This document shows positions 1-9,018 of a stretch of DNA of 14,483 nucleotides, piece after piece (the first letter of the stretch is position 1; each line of letters opens with the position of its first letter). The DNA is taken from the NCBI GenBank assembly GCA_000388065.2, contig KB932206.1; one strand, given 5' to 3'. Made by a program: the position numbers and the translations under genes. Source of the DNA: Fonticula alba ATCC 38817 (taxonomy: Eukaryota; Protista; Nucleariida). The notes under the pieces were generated by a model that did no database searches, was not told the origin of the DNA, and was given only the letters and a program-made list of their open reading frames with translations.

Positions 1-511
1 CCCCGTCGCATGTGAATATGGGCGGTCTTTGCGCGGTGGCTTGCGCACATGGGGGGCGATCGCGCGGACTGGACGTTGTCCATGCCCTGGCTGTTATCTG
101 GCCTGGCTCTGCGTTTTTGCGCGCGCGCGCGCGCACGGACATACCCGTCCCCCGGAGACGGTGTTGGCCGCTCGCCTGCTGTCCGCGCCTGCGCCTGCCC
201 CGGGCTGCTCCCGTTTGCCCACTGCCAGCCCCGGGCCGGCGCGGATGACAGCCCGAGCCCCAGGAGGCCCCGGCTGCCGGGGCGATTCATGGCCCGGCGG
301 GCCGGGCGCCGGCCGCCACCCGGTCGACGCATGCTGGCCCTCCTGCGATCCCCTCCCCGACCGCGTCCCCCCCCGCCCCCCCCCCCTCGCTCCTTTTTCC
401 CTCCATCCTCCCTCCCCCATCGCTCCCCCTCCCCCACTCGCTCCCGCTCCTCGCGTGCCCCCACCCCACCCCCACCCCCACCCCTCCGCCAGCAACGGAT
501 CGCCCTCTGCC

Positions 512-2986
512 ATGGGCATCGTCAATCTCAGCAGCCGCGGCGCGGCGCCAGAGCCGGAAGACAACGACCCGGCCTACGCCTACAGCATGCTGACCGACCC
601 GCTGGCCACGCCGGCGCCCTACACAAGCGGCGACACCGATGCCACGTCGCACACGGCCAGCCTGGTCCGGCACTGGACGCAGTCCCGGGCATCTGGCGGC
701 CGGGCCCTCGGGTCGGCCACCAGCGCGGCCGAGGTGGTGGCGGCCCTGGGCGGCCGTGGTCTGGCGGTGTGCGATTGCGGCCGGTCGGCCGGGGCCGGTG
801 CGCCGAGCGGCGCGGCCGGCACGCCGGAGGTGCTGGTGACCCGGCGAACGGCCCTGGTGACCGGTGTGTCGCTGCAGTCCGGCATCGGGGCGGACACGGC
901 CGTGGCCCTGGCCCTGGCCGGGTATGTGACCGTGTGCACCTCGTATGAGACCCTGTCGGTGGCCGGGGGCGAGGTGGCCACCGCGGCCGCGGCGGCCGCC
1001 ATCGACACGGCGGCCCTGGACAGCGCGTCCCCCTCGCCGAGTGTGTCGCCTCGGCTTCGGCCGGTGGCCGGCCCCGAGCCGGTGGACCCGGTGGCCGGGG
1101 CCGCCGATGGGTTTGGCCCGGTGGCGGCCGAAATGGCCCCCGGGTCCGAGGCGGCCCCATCGCCGGCGCCGGGCGACGACCAGCTGCCGGACCATGTCCG
1201 CCTGCAGATCCCCCCCCGGTCGGTGACGCACATGCGCCGGCTGGTGGCGGCGCTGGCCGAGAGGACCGGCACCGAGGCGGCCGGTGTCCTGGCAACCGTG
1301 GCCGCGGGGGCCGGCGTGGATGCCGGGCGCGCCGCGGGCTTCCGCTTTGCCGGGCTCGGGTCGGCCTCCGGGGCGCCGTGCGATTGCGCCTCGCTGACGC
1401 ACCGCCATGAGGCCTGGCTGCGGTATTTGACGCTGCTGGCCGATCCCGGGGCCGGGGACTGGCTGCGGGCCCCGGCGGCCCGGTGCTTCGAGTTGCTGCC
1501 GCTGAATCTCGGCTCGCTGGCCAGTGTCACCGCCTGCGTGGGGCTCTTCCTGACCCGGGTCTTGAGCCCGCTGCCCCTGGGGCCGGGGTTGGCCGCGCCC
1601 GGGCCCACCGATCCCGATGGCAGCCAGCTGCCGGAGCACCTGTCCCGGCGGGACCCGATTGTCCCGGTGCCGCGGAGCGCCGGCGGCCCGGCGGCCATGA
1701 CCGCGGCGCCGCCCCGGCCGCTGCATGTGCTTGTGCTGAATGCCGGCATGATGAACATCCCCTACAGCACGACGGTCGATGGGATCGAGCGCCAGATGGG
1801 CGTCAACCATGTTGGCCATACGTACCTGACGCACCTGCTCCACCGGTCGCTGCTGGCCGGGGCGGAGGAGCTCCGATCGCCGGTGCACTCGTCCTCGGCC
1901 GCCGATGCCGGCGTGGCCGGGCCCGCCGGGGGCCACTCGGCCGGGCTCGACACCGCCGCCGGGGATGCCCCCGGGGCCGGGGCCGGGGCCGGGGCCGGGG
2001 CCACCCCGCGGCATGACTACGCCCGCGTGGTGACCCTGTCGTCCATCGCCCACCGCCTGGCCCCGCTTGGCATCGATGTCGACACGCTGGCCATGCGCTC
2101 GCATCCCTGGAAGTATGTGCGCTACATCCGGTACTCCGAGTCCAAGCTGGCGCAGCTGCTCTTCGCCAAGGTGCGCTCTGGCGGTGTCCTCCGCCTGTCG
2201 GTTGCCCCCGGCATCGACTTCCGCCGCCGCCTTTTTCCCTTTCCGTGCTCTCCTCCGCCCTCCGCCCGCCCTCCCTCGCCCGCAGTCTGCCCATGGTGGT
2301 GCTGACATTCGTGCATGACCCCCCCCCCTCCCCCCCGTTCGCAGGAGATCACCAACCGCTACCTGGCAGATGGGATTGTCGGCCTGGCGGTGCATCCCGG
2401 CGTGGTACACAGCACCGGGCTCGGGGCCTTCGACCCGCTGTCGCGCATGCTCTACCTCTTTGGCTGGCCCTTCATGAAGACCCCGGCCCAGGGGGCAGCT
2501 ACCAGTGTCTTCTGCTCGCTGGCCCCGGTCCGGGGGAGCCTGCTGGCGGCGCAGCTGGCCACGGCCACTTCCTGGCACACGGGGACCCCGCTGCAAGTGC
2601 GCCCCCTCCGGCCGGGGGGGTACTTCGCGGACTGCGCCCAGGAGGAGCCCAGCGGAGCCGGGCGCGACCCGCTGGCCGGGCGATCCCTCTGGCGTGCCAC
2701 CAACCAGCTGATCCTGGAGATCCTTGAAGGCCTGCAGCGGGCCGAGGCCGAGGAGCAGGAGGAGCCCGCCGACGGGGGGCAGCACCAGGCCGTCAAGCTC
2801 GAGCCCGGGGAGGAGGACGAGCAGGCCGATCGCCCTGCCTCGCCGGGGGCCGGCGGGTCTGGCAGCCGGCCGACCAAGCCCGGGGCCCACCCGACACGTG
2901 AGTCGCTCTTCTCGCTGTTTTCCGTGTCGCGGATCTTCAAGATGGACCTGGAGAGCCTGCAGCTCCCCTTCGTCGAGAGCCAGTAG
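512..2986 (+). CDS. Short-chain dehydrogenase/reductase, WWOX / retinol dehydrogenase 11-14-like; 2 exons (512-2170, 2345-2986), 766 aa with large low-complexity insertions
   Basis: SDR motifs appear in order: TALVTGVSLQSGIG (Gly-rich, 860-889), LLPLNLGSLASV, LHVLVLNAG, DGIERQMGVNHVGHTYLTHLL, RVVTLSSIAH, catalytic YSESK (2132-2146), HPGVV, KTPAQGAATSV. The phase-0 intron 2171-2344 (GTGCGC...GCTGAC...GCAG) joins LLFAK to EITNRY. The start at ATG 512 follows a pyrimidine-rich leader; upstream in-frame starts are possible but look non-coding. Confidence 0.88.
1973..2002 (+). repeat. (GGGGCC)5 hexamer repeat inside the SDR coding exon, encoding (Gly-Ala)5
   Basis: Read directly: five perfect GGGGCC units translating as GAGAGAGAGA. 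Confidence 0.95.
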
Positions 2987-3354
2987 GCCGGCCGATCTGC
3001 TGCCGCTCTGGCGGAATGTCATTCAATAGACCAACACGCACATGCTGGAGCGCGTGCTGGCATGGCAGATTCGCCGGGTTGTGTGCTCCCATGTCCCCGC
3101 GCAGGGGCGGAGAACTCCGGCGGGCGGCGGTGCGGGCGGCGGTCGGGGGCCTTTGGCGCGGGCACACCACACGCGCAGGCGACGGCATGCCCTCCGGCCT
3201 CGGCCATCGGGCCGCTCCTGCGTGTATATGTGGGCAGATTAATATTTTTACACCCATATCCTGAGGGGGATGGTGCGTGAGGGGGACGGCCGGGAGCACA
3301 TGGACGGGGGCCGGGCGTCGCAGATAACACGCGAGTGTGGCTGTGTGTGCGCGA

Positions 3355-3380
3355 GGGGGGGGGGGGGGGGGGGGGGGGGG
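3355..3380 (+). repeat. Poly-G homopolymer (26 nt); one of many G/C runs in non-coding DNA
   Basis: Read directly; similar runs occur near 3589-3605, 5917-5931, 6788-6804, 7385-7401, 10965-10977 and 14055-14066. Confidence 0.9.
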
Positions 3381-3697
3381 ATCCTGGGGGCCCTCTCCCG
3401 CGGGTTCGAGGGCTCTCTTGGGCTGCCTGCCCGGGGGGTCGGTCCGGGGGACCCGCATGCAGCCTTCCCTCCGTCCCCTCGCGTCCTTCTCCCCCTCCCG
3501 CCTCGCTCTCCTCCCCTCCCTCCCCCGGCCCCCGCGTTCCCCTTCCCGCTCCCTCCCCGCCGTCCTCCTGCGCCCGTCCCCCGAGGGGGCCCCCCCCCCC
3601 CCCCCAAATGGGCCCGGAGAACACGCCGCAATGCGTGGCAAGGGTCGGAACCGCCAGCCAGCTGGTGCGCGTCCGGATTCGGTCGCGCGCGCGGGAG

Positions 3698-3727
3698 NNN
3701 NNNNNNNNNNNNNNNNNNNNNNNNNNN
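3698..3727. other. Assembly gap (30 N) flanked by an identical 36-nt sequence on both sides
   Basis: CTGGTGCGCGTCCGGATTCGGTCGCGCGCGCGGGAG occurs at 3662-3697 and at 3728-3763, typical of an unmerged contig overlap. Confidence 0.9.
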
Positions 3728-3847
3728 CTGGTGCGCGTCCGGATTCGGTCGCGCGCGCGGGAGGGACATCTGCGCAAGGGCGCTCCCACGGCGCGCCGTC
3801 CAGACGCACAGATGAGCTCCCTCCCCCCCCCCCCTCGCCATTGCACC

Positions 3848-4117
3848 ATGATTTCCCTCAGCGCCCTGTGCCGGATGACCGCCTCGGCGTCGCTCCGCTC
3901 CGCCGGGGGTGCCCCGTCGGCGGCCTTCTCCTCGGCCGCCCGCCAGGCCACCCTGGCCGGGACCATCTCCCTGAACAACATCGCCGACAACCCGGGCTCC
4001 TCGCGCGCGGTGCGTGATCGCCACCTGGCTGCCTTGTGGCTCCCTTGCTCTTTTGCCCCCGGTCCCTGACGCCGTCCGCCCTGTGTCTCTCTTCCCCGTC
4101 CCCCCTCCTCTCTCTCT

Positions 4118-4149
<32 letters not shown>

Positions 4150-5187
4150 TCCCGGGGTGGGGACCTGCAGTTCAAGCGTGTCGGTCGTGGTCACGGTTCC
4201 GGCCTCGGTAAGACCTCCGGTCGCGGTCACAAGGGTCAGAATGCCCGCTCGGGCAATGGCAAGACCAGCCCCTGGTTCGAGGGTGGTCAGTCGACCATCA
4301 TCGCCAAGACCCCGAAGACCGGCTTCAACAATGCGGCGTACGTCACCCGCCCCCGGGACCTGCCGGCATGCGGGGCCGGGGGGGGCCATGTGTTGCTGGC
4401 AGCCTGGCGCCGGACGCGAGGCAGGCCGGAAGCCGGCCCGGCCACTGGCCCCGCCCTGCGCCCCGACTGACGATGTGCCGGCCACTGACGCGCCTTTGGC
4501 CCTTCCTCCCCCTACCCCCCTACCCCCCTGATGCGTGGTCCTTGTGCCGACCCCTTTCCCCAGCTTCCGGAAGGACTTTGTCGAGCTGAACCTGGCCCAG
4601 CTGCAGCACTTCATCAACATCGGCCGCATCAACCCGCATGAGCCGATCACCATCAAGACCCTGTACGAGTCGGGTGTTGTTCATGGTGTCAAGGATGGCG
4701 TGAAGCTCCTGGCCGACGTGCGTCCCTTTTCCTCCGCCTCGCCTCCCTGTGGCGGGTGTTTGCCCGGGTGGGCAGCCAGCAGTCTGACCGTCCTGTGCCC
4801 TCCTTGCCGTCGCACCTTGTCATCCGCCTGGGCGGCCTGTCGCGTGGATGCTTGCGCACACAGGGTCGCGATCTTTTCTACTCCAAGGTCGACATCCAGG
4901 TGTCTAAGGGTGCGCATTTGGCGCGGCGGCCTTGCTGGGTGGCTTTTTTTTTGTTGTCCTTTCCTCCTCCTCCTCCCCCGGGGGTGGCTACCCGCCTGAC
5001 CCTCCCTTCTCTCCTCCTCTCGTCCCCTTTTTTCGGTGACCGGGCCGGCCGCTCATCGTGCAGCCTCCGCGCTGGCCATTGACTGCATTGAGAGCCGCGG
5101 CGGCAAGCTGACGTGCGTTGTTGGGTTTTTCTTTTGTCGGGCTTCTCTGGCTGCTCTTTTTTTCCCGCCCCTCGCCCCTTTGATGTT

Positions 5188-5220
<33 letters not shown>

Positions 5221-5452
5221 GCCCCTCGCTGACGACGCCCATGTGCCTCCCGGTCGCGCCAGTACTGTCTACCACAACAAGCTCGGTCTGCGGGCCCACA
5301 TCAAGCCCCAGTCCTTCCTGGCCAAGAGCCGTCCGCTTCCCCGCCAGGCCCTGCCCACCCGTCGCGCGGACCTCGAGTATTACCGCGACCCGGCGCGCCG
5401 TGGCTACCTGGTCCCGACCGCGGCGACGGACGCCTCTTCGGAGGTCGACTAA
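3848..5452 (+). CDS. MRPL15: Mitochondrial large-subunit ribosomal protein uL15m; 6 exons (3848-4009, 4171-4337, 4564-4717, 4864-4909, 5064-5112, 5263-5452), 255 aa
   Basis: The uL15 signature [43 protein letters not shown] is present, followed by [31 protein letters not shown] and the uL15m-type C-terminus [12 protein letters not shown]. The Ser/Ala/Arg-rich, acid-free N-terminus resembles a mitochondrial presequence. All five GT-AG introns keep the frame (phases 0,2,0,1,2); the CDS is 768 nt. Confidence 0.93.
4121..4148 (+). repeat. (CCTG)7 microsatellite in uL15m intron 1, preceded by a (TC)n tract
   Basis: Read directly. Confidence 0.95.
5188..5217 (+). repeat. (GCC)10 microsatellite in uL15m intron 5
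   Basis: Read directly; it lies just upstream of the GCTGAC branch point (5228-5233). Confidence 0.95.
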
Positions 5453-5931
5453 GTGGCAGATGTCCGACTGGCGGGAGCTCCCTTCCCCTGCCTCTTCCTC
5501 TCCTCCCCTTCCCCTCTTGACCTTGTTCCCTTTTTTTCCTCCCCCCCCCCCATTCCGCCCATTTCCGCTGCTCTCGTGCGCGTCTTCCGTTTGTCCGGCG
5601 GGCCGCGGGTCGGCGGCAGTGTGACATGGTGTGCTGCGTGCAGAGGGGGCCCCCTGTCCCCTTTGCCCGGTGCGCGCGAGCCCGCGCTCCGGCGCCCGAG
5701 CCGCCGAGGGCGTGGCCGAGGCGCACCCCAATAGAATTCCACATGATGAAATGCAAGAGGCCCCTGCTACGGGCCGGCCTCCGCGGCCGTAAGAGGACCG
5801 GGGGGCCACCCCGGTATCCGAAGGGGGCAGGTGCCCTTTCATGTCCCCCCCGGACGTGCCGGCCTCTTGCACGGTATGTGTTCGGCCCCTGGCGGGCTCT
5901 GACCGCGCGACAGGGAGGGGGGGGGGGGGGG

Positions 5932-6398
5932 NNNNNNNNNNNNNNNNNNNNNNNNNNNNNNNNNNNNNNNNNNNNNNNNNNNNNNNNNNNNNNNNNNNNN
6001 NNNNNNNNNNNNNNNNNNNNNNNNNNNNNNNNNNNNNNNNNNNNNNNNNNNNNNNNNNNNNNNNNNNNNNNNNNNNNNNNNNNNNNNNNNNNNNNNNNNN
6101 NNNNNNNNNNNNNNNNNNNNNNNNNNNNNNNNNNNNNNNNNNNNNNNNNNNNNNNNNNNNNNNNNNNNNNNNNNNNNNNNNNNNNNNNNNNNNNNNNNNN
6201 NNNNNNNNNNNNNNNNNNNNNNNNNNNNNNNNNNNNNNNNNNNNNNNNNNNNNNNNNNNNNNNNNNNNNNNNNNNNNNNNNNNNNNNNNNNNNNNNNNNN
6301 NNNNNNNNNNNNNNNNNNNNNNNNNNNNNNNNNNNNNNNNNNNNNNNNNNNNNNNNNNNNNNNNNNNNNNNNNNNNNNNNNNNNNNNNNNNNNNNNNN
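5932..6398. other. Assembly gap (467 N) beginning at a poly-G run
   Basis: Run of N; its content is unknown. Confidence 0.98.
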
Positions 6399-7580
6399 GG
6401 GGCGTGCCAGCCGGCAGGGGTGTGATTTGCCGCCCGGCCACTGGCTGCTGGCAGATGGCGGTCTGGCGCCGGGGCGGTCGATGGGTGAATGGCTCGCGCG
6501 AGGCAGCCCCTCGAGATCGGGGTCAAAGCGCCGGCTAGCGGGGCCTGGCTGTGGCCATAACCGGGTGGGAGGTGCTCCTGCTGCTTGTGCGGCGGGCGCA
6601 CCGGGGCCGGTGCATCCCGAAGCATGGCCGCATGCGGGGGGGTGTCTTTTTCCTATATTTTTTCGCGTGCCTCAGCGGCCATCACATTGGCGCGGACCAG
6701 GCGCGCGGGGCCGTGCCGCTGTCGAGTGGACATGCCTCGGCCGGCGTGAGCGGGTGCTCGGCGCAGGCGGGCCTCTGATCGGCAACCGGGGGGGGGGGGG
6801 GGGGACAAGGCCCACATCGACTGGCGACCGGGAGGGCAGTCCGGACAGGCCCGGCTCCGGGATGGTGTCGGGCATGGTGGCGTCATCTGGGTCCGGGCGA
6901 CTGACGCACGGTCCCCACCCGGACGGGCGGGGGGCCCCTCCTTCGAGAGCCGGCGAGCCGTCCTCCGGAGTGTGTCTGTCCCTCGGGAAGCCGGTCCCGT
7001 GCGGGCGGCGTCTCGGGGCCGAGCGCGCCGCCGGCGGGAATCCTTGCCGCTGCGCCGGATCCAGTGCAGCGGCATGCGGCTCGGCAGGCAGCCGGTCTGT
7101 GTAGATAACCCTCCCTTCCTGTGGGGCCTGACCGGAGCCGGGACAGGGCCGGCAGCCGGCCAGGCCGGGGGTGCACGTTTGCCGGGCCGAGGCCGGCCCA
7201 GTTGGCGGGACCCCACGCGGGGGGCCATGCCAGGGCCCAACACCGACGCCGGGTCCTCCCGAGAGGCAGGCACCGGGGTCCGGTGGCCGCGCCGAGATGT
7301 CCTCTTCCGTCTGGGGGGGGGGGCCCGCCGGGGGCCCCGGGCCTTGGTGGGGGCCCCCCCGGGGGGGGCGGCGGCCGGATGTGCCCCCCCCCCCCCCCCC
7401 CGGGTGGGAGTGCCTTGTCGTGGGCCACGCCATATGGCCAGAGTGGCTGCCCTGTCGCTCGGTGCGGCAGGCTCCCGCCCGGGCGTGTGGGCGATGGGCC
7501 GGGGGGCGAGGCTGAAGCCGACCCGCCGCGGCAAGAGCGCAACGAACAAAAGCCGCGGCGGGGACCCTCCCAGCAAGCGT

Positions 7581-7652
7581 GGGAAATTAGTCTAGTGGTA
7601 TGATTCTCGCTTAGGGTGCGAGAGGTCCCGGGTTCGATTCCCGGATTTCCCC
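7581..7652 (+). tRNA. tRNA-Pro, anticodon AGG
   Basis: The cloverleaf has acceptor stem GGGAAAT/ATTTCCC, anticodon arm CTCGC-TT AGG GT-GCGAG and T arm CCGGG-TTCGATT-CCCGG. C73 discriminator is as in eukaryotic tRNA-Pro. An oligo-T terminator follows. Confidence 0.97.
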
Positions 7653-7654
7653 GG

Positions 7655-7662
7655 TTTCTTTT
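7655..7662 (+). terminator. RNA polymerase III oligo-T terminator of tRNA-Pro
   Basis: TTTCTTTT starts 3 nt after the tRNA end; a second TCTTTT lies at about 7682-7687. Confidence 0.7.
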
Positions 7663-7774
7663 GCCGCCCGGCCGCGCGGCCTCTTTTGCGCCCTGCCTGG
7701 GACGCGCCCGGGCGTGCGCCGCGACCGAGCGCGGTCGATCAAATTGCCGGGCCAGGCTGGGTGCATCATAGCCG

Positions 7775-7848
7775 GGCCCCATAGCTCAGTTGGTTAGAGC
7801 GTCGTGCTAATAACGCGAAGGTCGTCAGTTCGATCCTGGCTGGGGCCA
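7775..7848 (+). tRNA. tRNA-Ile, anticodon AAT
   Basis: Acceptor GGCCCCA/TGGGGCC, D arm GCTC-AGTTGGTTA-GAGC, anticodon arm TCGTG-CT AAT AA-CGCGA, T loop TTCGATC. T5 terminator at 7856-7860. Confidence 0.97.
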
Positions 7849-7855
7849 GCTTGCC

Positions 7856-7860
7856 TTTTT
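7856..7860 (+). terminator. RNA polymerase III oligo-T terminator of tRNA-Ile
   Basis: TTTTT starts 8 nt after the tRNA end. Confidence 0.75.
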
Positions 7861-8235
7861 GCGCGGCCTGGTTAGGCCACTTTCCCTGTCGCTTCCCGGA
7901 GAGGCTGCCCTTGGCTTGCCGAGCGGCGGGCGGGGGAGGGGCAGATTGTTTTATTGCTCCCCCCACCGGGCGGGGCGTGGGGCTCTCCGCTTGCCCGGGG
8001 CCCGGGGCCCGGGGGGGGGGGTGCACACGGTGGGGCTCCCGTGGCGACCACGGTCCGCCCCAGCCCGACCGGGCTGCTGGGCCGAGGGGACAAAAGAGCA
8101 GGCCGCGCGTGCACACAGATGGGCTTTTTTCTCCCCCCACCCCCCCCTGTGCCTGCCTGGTGGTGCCGCGGGTGGGCATACACACAGAAGGGCCTGCCGA
8201 GTCGCCCCTCTCCCTCCCGCGCTGGAGGGGGCGGC

Positions 8236-8240
8236 AAAAA
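8236..8240 (-). terminator. RNA polymerase III oligo-T terminator of tRNA-Arg
   Basis: AAAAA on the plus strand gives TTTTT 5 nt downstream of the minus-strand tRNA. Confidence 0.75.
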
Positions 8241-8244
8241 GAAT

Positions 8245-8318
8245 TGACCACGATGCGGCTCGAACACACAACCTCCTGATCCGTAGTCAGGTGCTCTATC
8301 CAATTGAGCTACGCGGCC
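8245..8318 (-). tRNA. tRNA-Arg, anticodon ACG
   Basis: The minus strand reads GGCCGCGTAGCTCAATTGGATAGAGCACCTGACT ACG GATCAGGAGGTTGTGTGTTCGAGCCGCATCGTGGTCA. The anticodon stem is CCTGA/TCAGG, and there are several G-U pairs in the acceptor and T stems. A T5 terminator lies at 8240-8236. Confidence 0.95.
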
Positions 8319-8520
8319 ATGGGAAGCAGGCGGGACTGCGGGCATAAATGGCCGCGGATGTCGGCAGCTCCACCGGTTATGGTTCACGCCTGTCCCCGCC
8401 ACCGGGCCCCCGCCCGGGGCGCAGCCCCAGCCCGAGGCGCGGGCCGCTGGCCGGCCAACCAGCGGAGGAGCCCCCCTGGCCGGGCCTGGGTGCCGGGGCT
8501 TGTCGGCGGGCATGAGCGTG

Positions 8521-8566
8521 TGCATGCGTGCATGCGTGCATGCGTGCATGCGTGCATGCGTGCATG
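8521..8566. repeat. (TGCATGCG)5 plus partial unit, 8-bp tandem repeat
   Basis: Five perfect 8-nt units plus TGCATG, part of a strictly alternating purine/pyrimidine tract at 8516-8569. Confidence 0.95.
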
Positions 8567-9018
8567 TGTCCTGCTGCTGCCCATGCGGAGCGGGCCGGCC
8601 AAAGGCGTCCCGGGGGCGTGGCGGCCGGCGAGGGCGCGCGCGCGCAGAGGCATGGCCATGGGGCGCCGCATTCCCGGCGGTTGACCAGTTGCCAGCCCGG
8701 TGGGTGGCCAGCCGGGCCGGGGGGAATGCGGCGCACTGGGCACCGTGTGTCGGGGGATTTCGTGGGGGTGCTTGGACGTGCACAGTTTCCCCGGGCGGGC
8801 CTCGCCGGAAATCGGCCATGCCGGTGGCCGAAGCCCAGTGCGCTGCACACGGGGTCACGCCTGCGCCTCCCAGGAGAGCAGCCGCCCCCGCCCTGCTGAC
8901 AGCACGCGCTATTTCCCAGGAAGAAAAAAAAAGGACCATCTGACACCGGCCCACCATCCACAAGGCGCATGTGTATTGTCGCGAGCCCGGGCGGCGCCCG
9001 GCAGCGGCCGCCCCGCTG

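Noticed and set aside
29-511. In-frame upstream extension of the SDR ORF
   Set aside because: It translates homopolymer C runs into poly-Pro/His and looks like promoter or 5' UTR sequence; ATG 512 is the more plausible start.
943-1207. Possible intron (GTATGA...CTGCAG) removing the first SDR insertion
   Set aside because: It is 265 nt and would shift the frame; there is no pyrimidine tract or branch point, and the donor differs from the local consensus.
287-3022. 911-aa minus-strand ORF and other long overlapping ORFs (e.g. 9382-10557 +, 12104-13333 +, 12931-14004 +)
   Set aside because: They are antisense shadows of real GC-rich coding sequence, which rarely has stops on the opposite strand; the products are Gly/Arg/Pro-rich with no recognisable motifs.
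3662-3763. Perfect 36-nt direct repeat separated by 30 nt, superficially CRISPR-like or a target-site duplication
   Set aside because: The 'spacer' is entirely N and there are only two copies abutting the gap; this is the pattern of an unmerged contig overlap.
5743-5902. C/D-box snoRNA, hammerhead ribozyme or SECIS reading of ATGATGA
   Set aside because: There is no suitably placed D box with a terminal stem, the hammerhead CUGAUGA/GAAA core is absent, and the upstream gene has no in-frame TGA.
4988-7104. ORFs of 200-545 aa spanning the large gap
   Set aside because: They are open only because N codons translate as X.
6399-7580. SRP RNA, RNase P/MRP RNA or spliceosomal snRNA in the intergenic region
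   Set aside because: I looked by eye for their conserved motifs on both strands and found none convincing.
8319-9018. Extra downstream exons that might supply an AAA ATPase domain to the six-module protein
   Set aside because: Exon 10 ends in a clean TAG, I saw no Walker A/B motif in the minus-strand frames, and about 700 bp containing a microsatellite leaves little room for an AAA domain.
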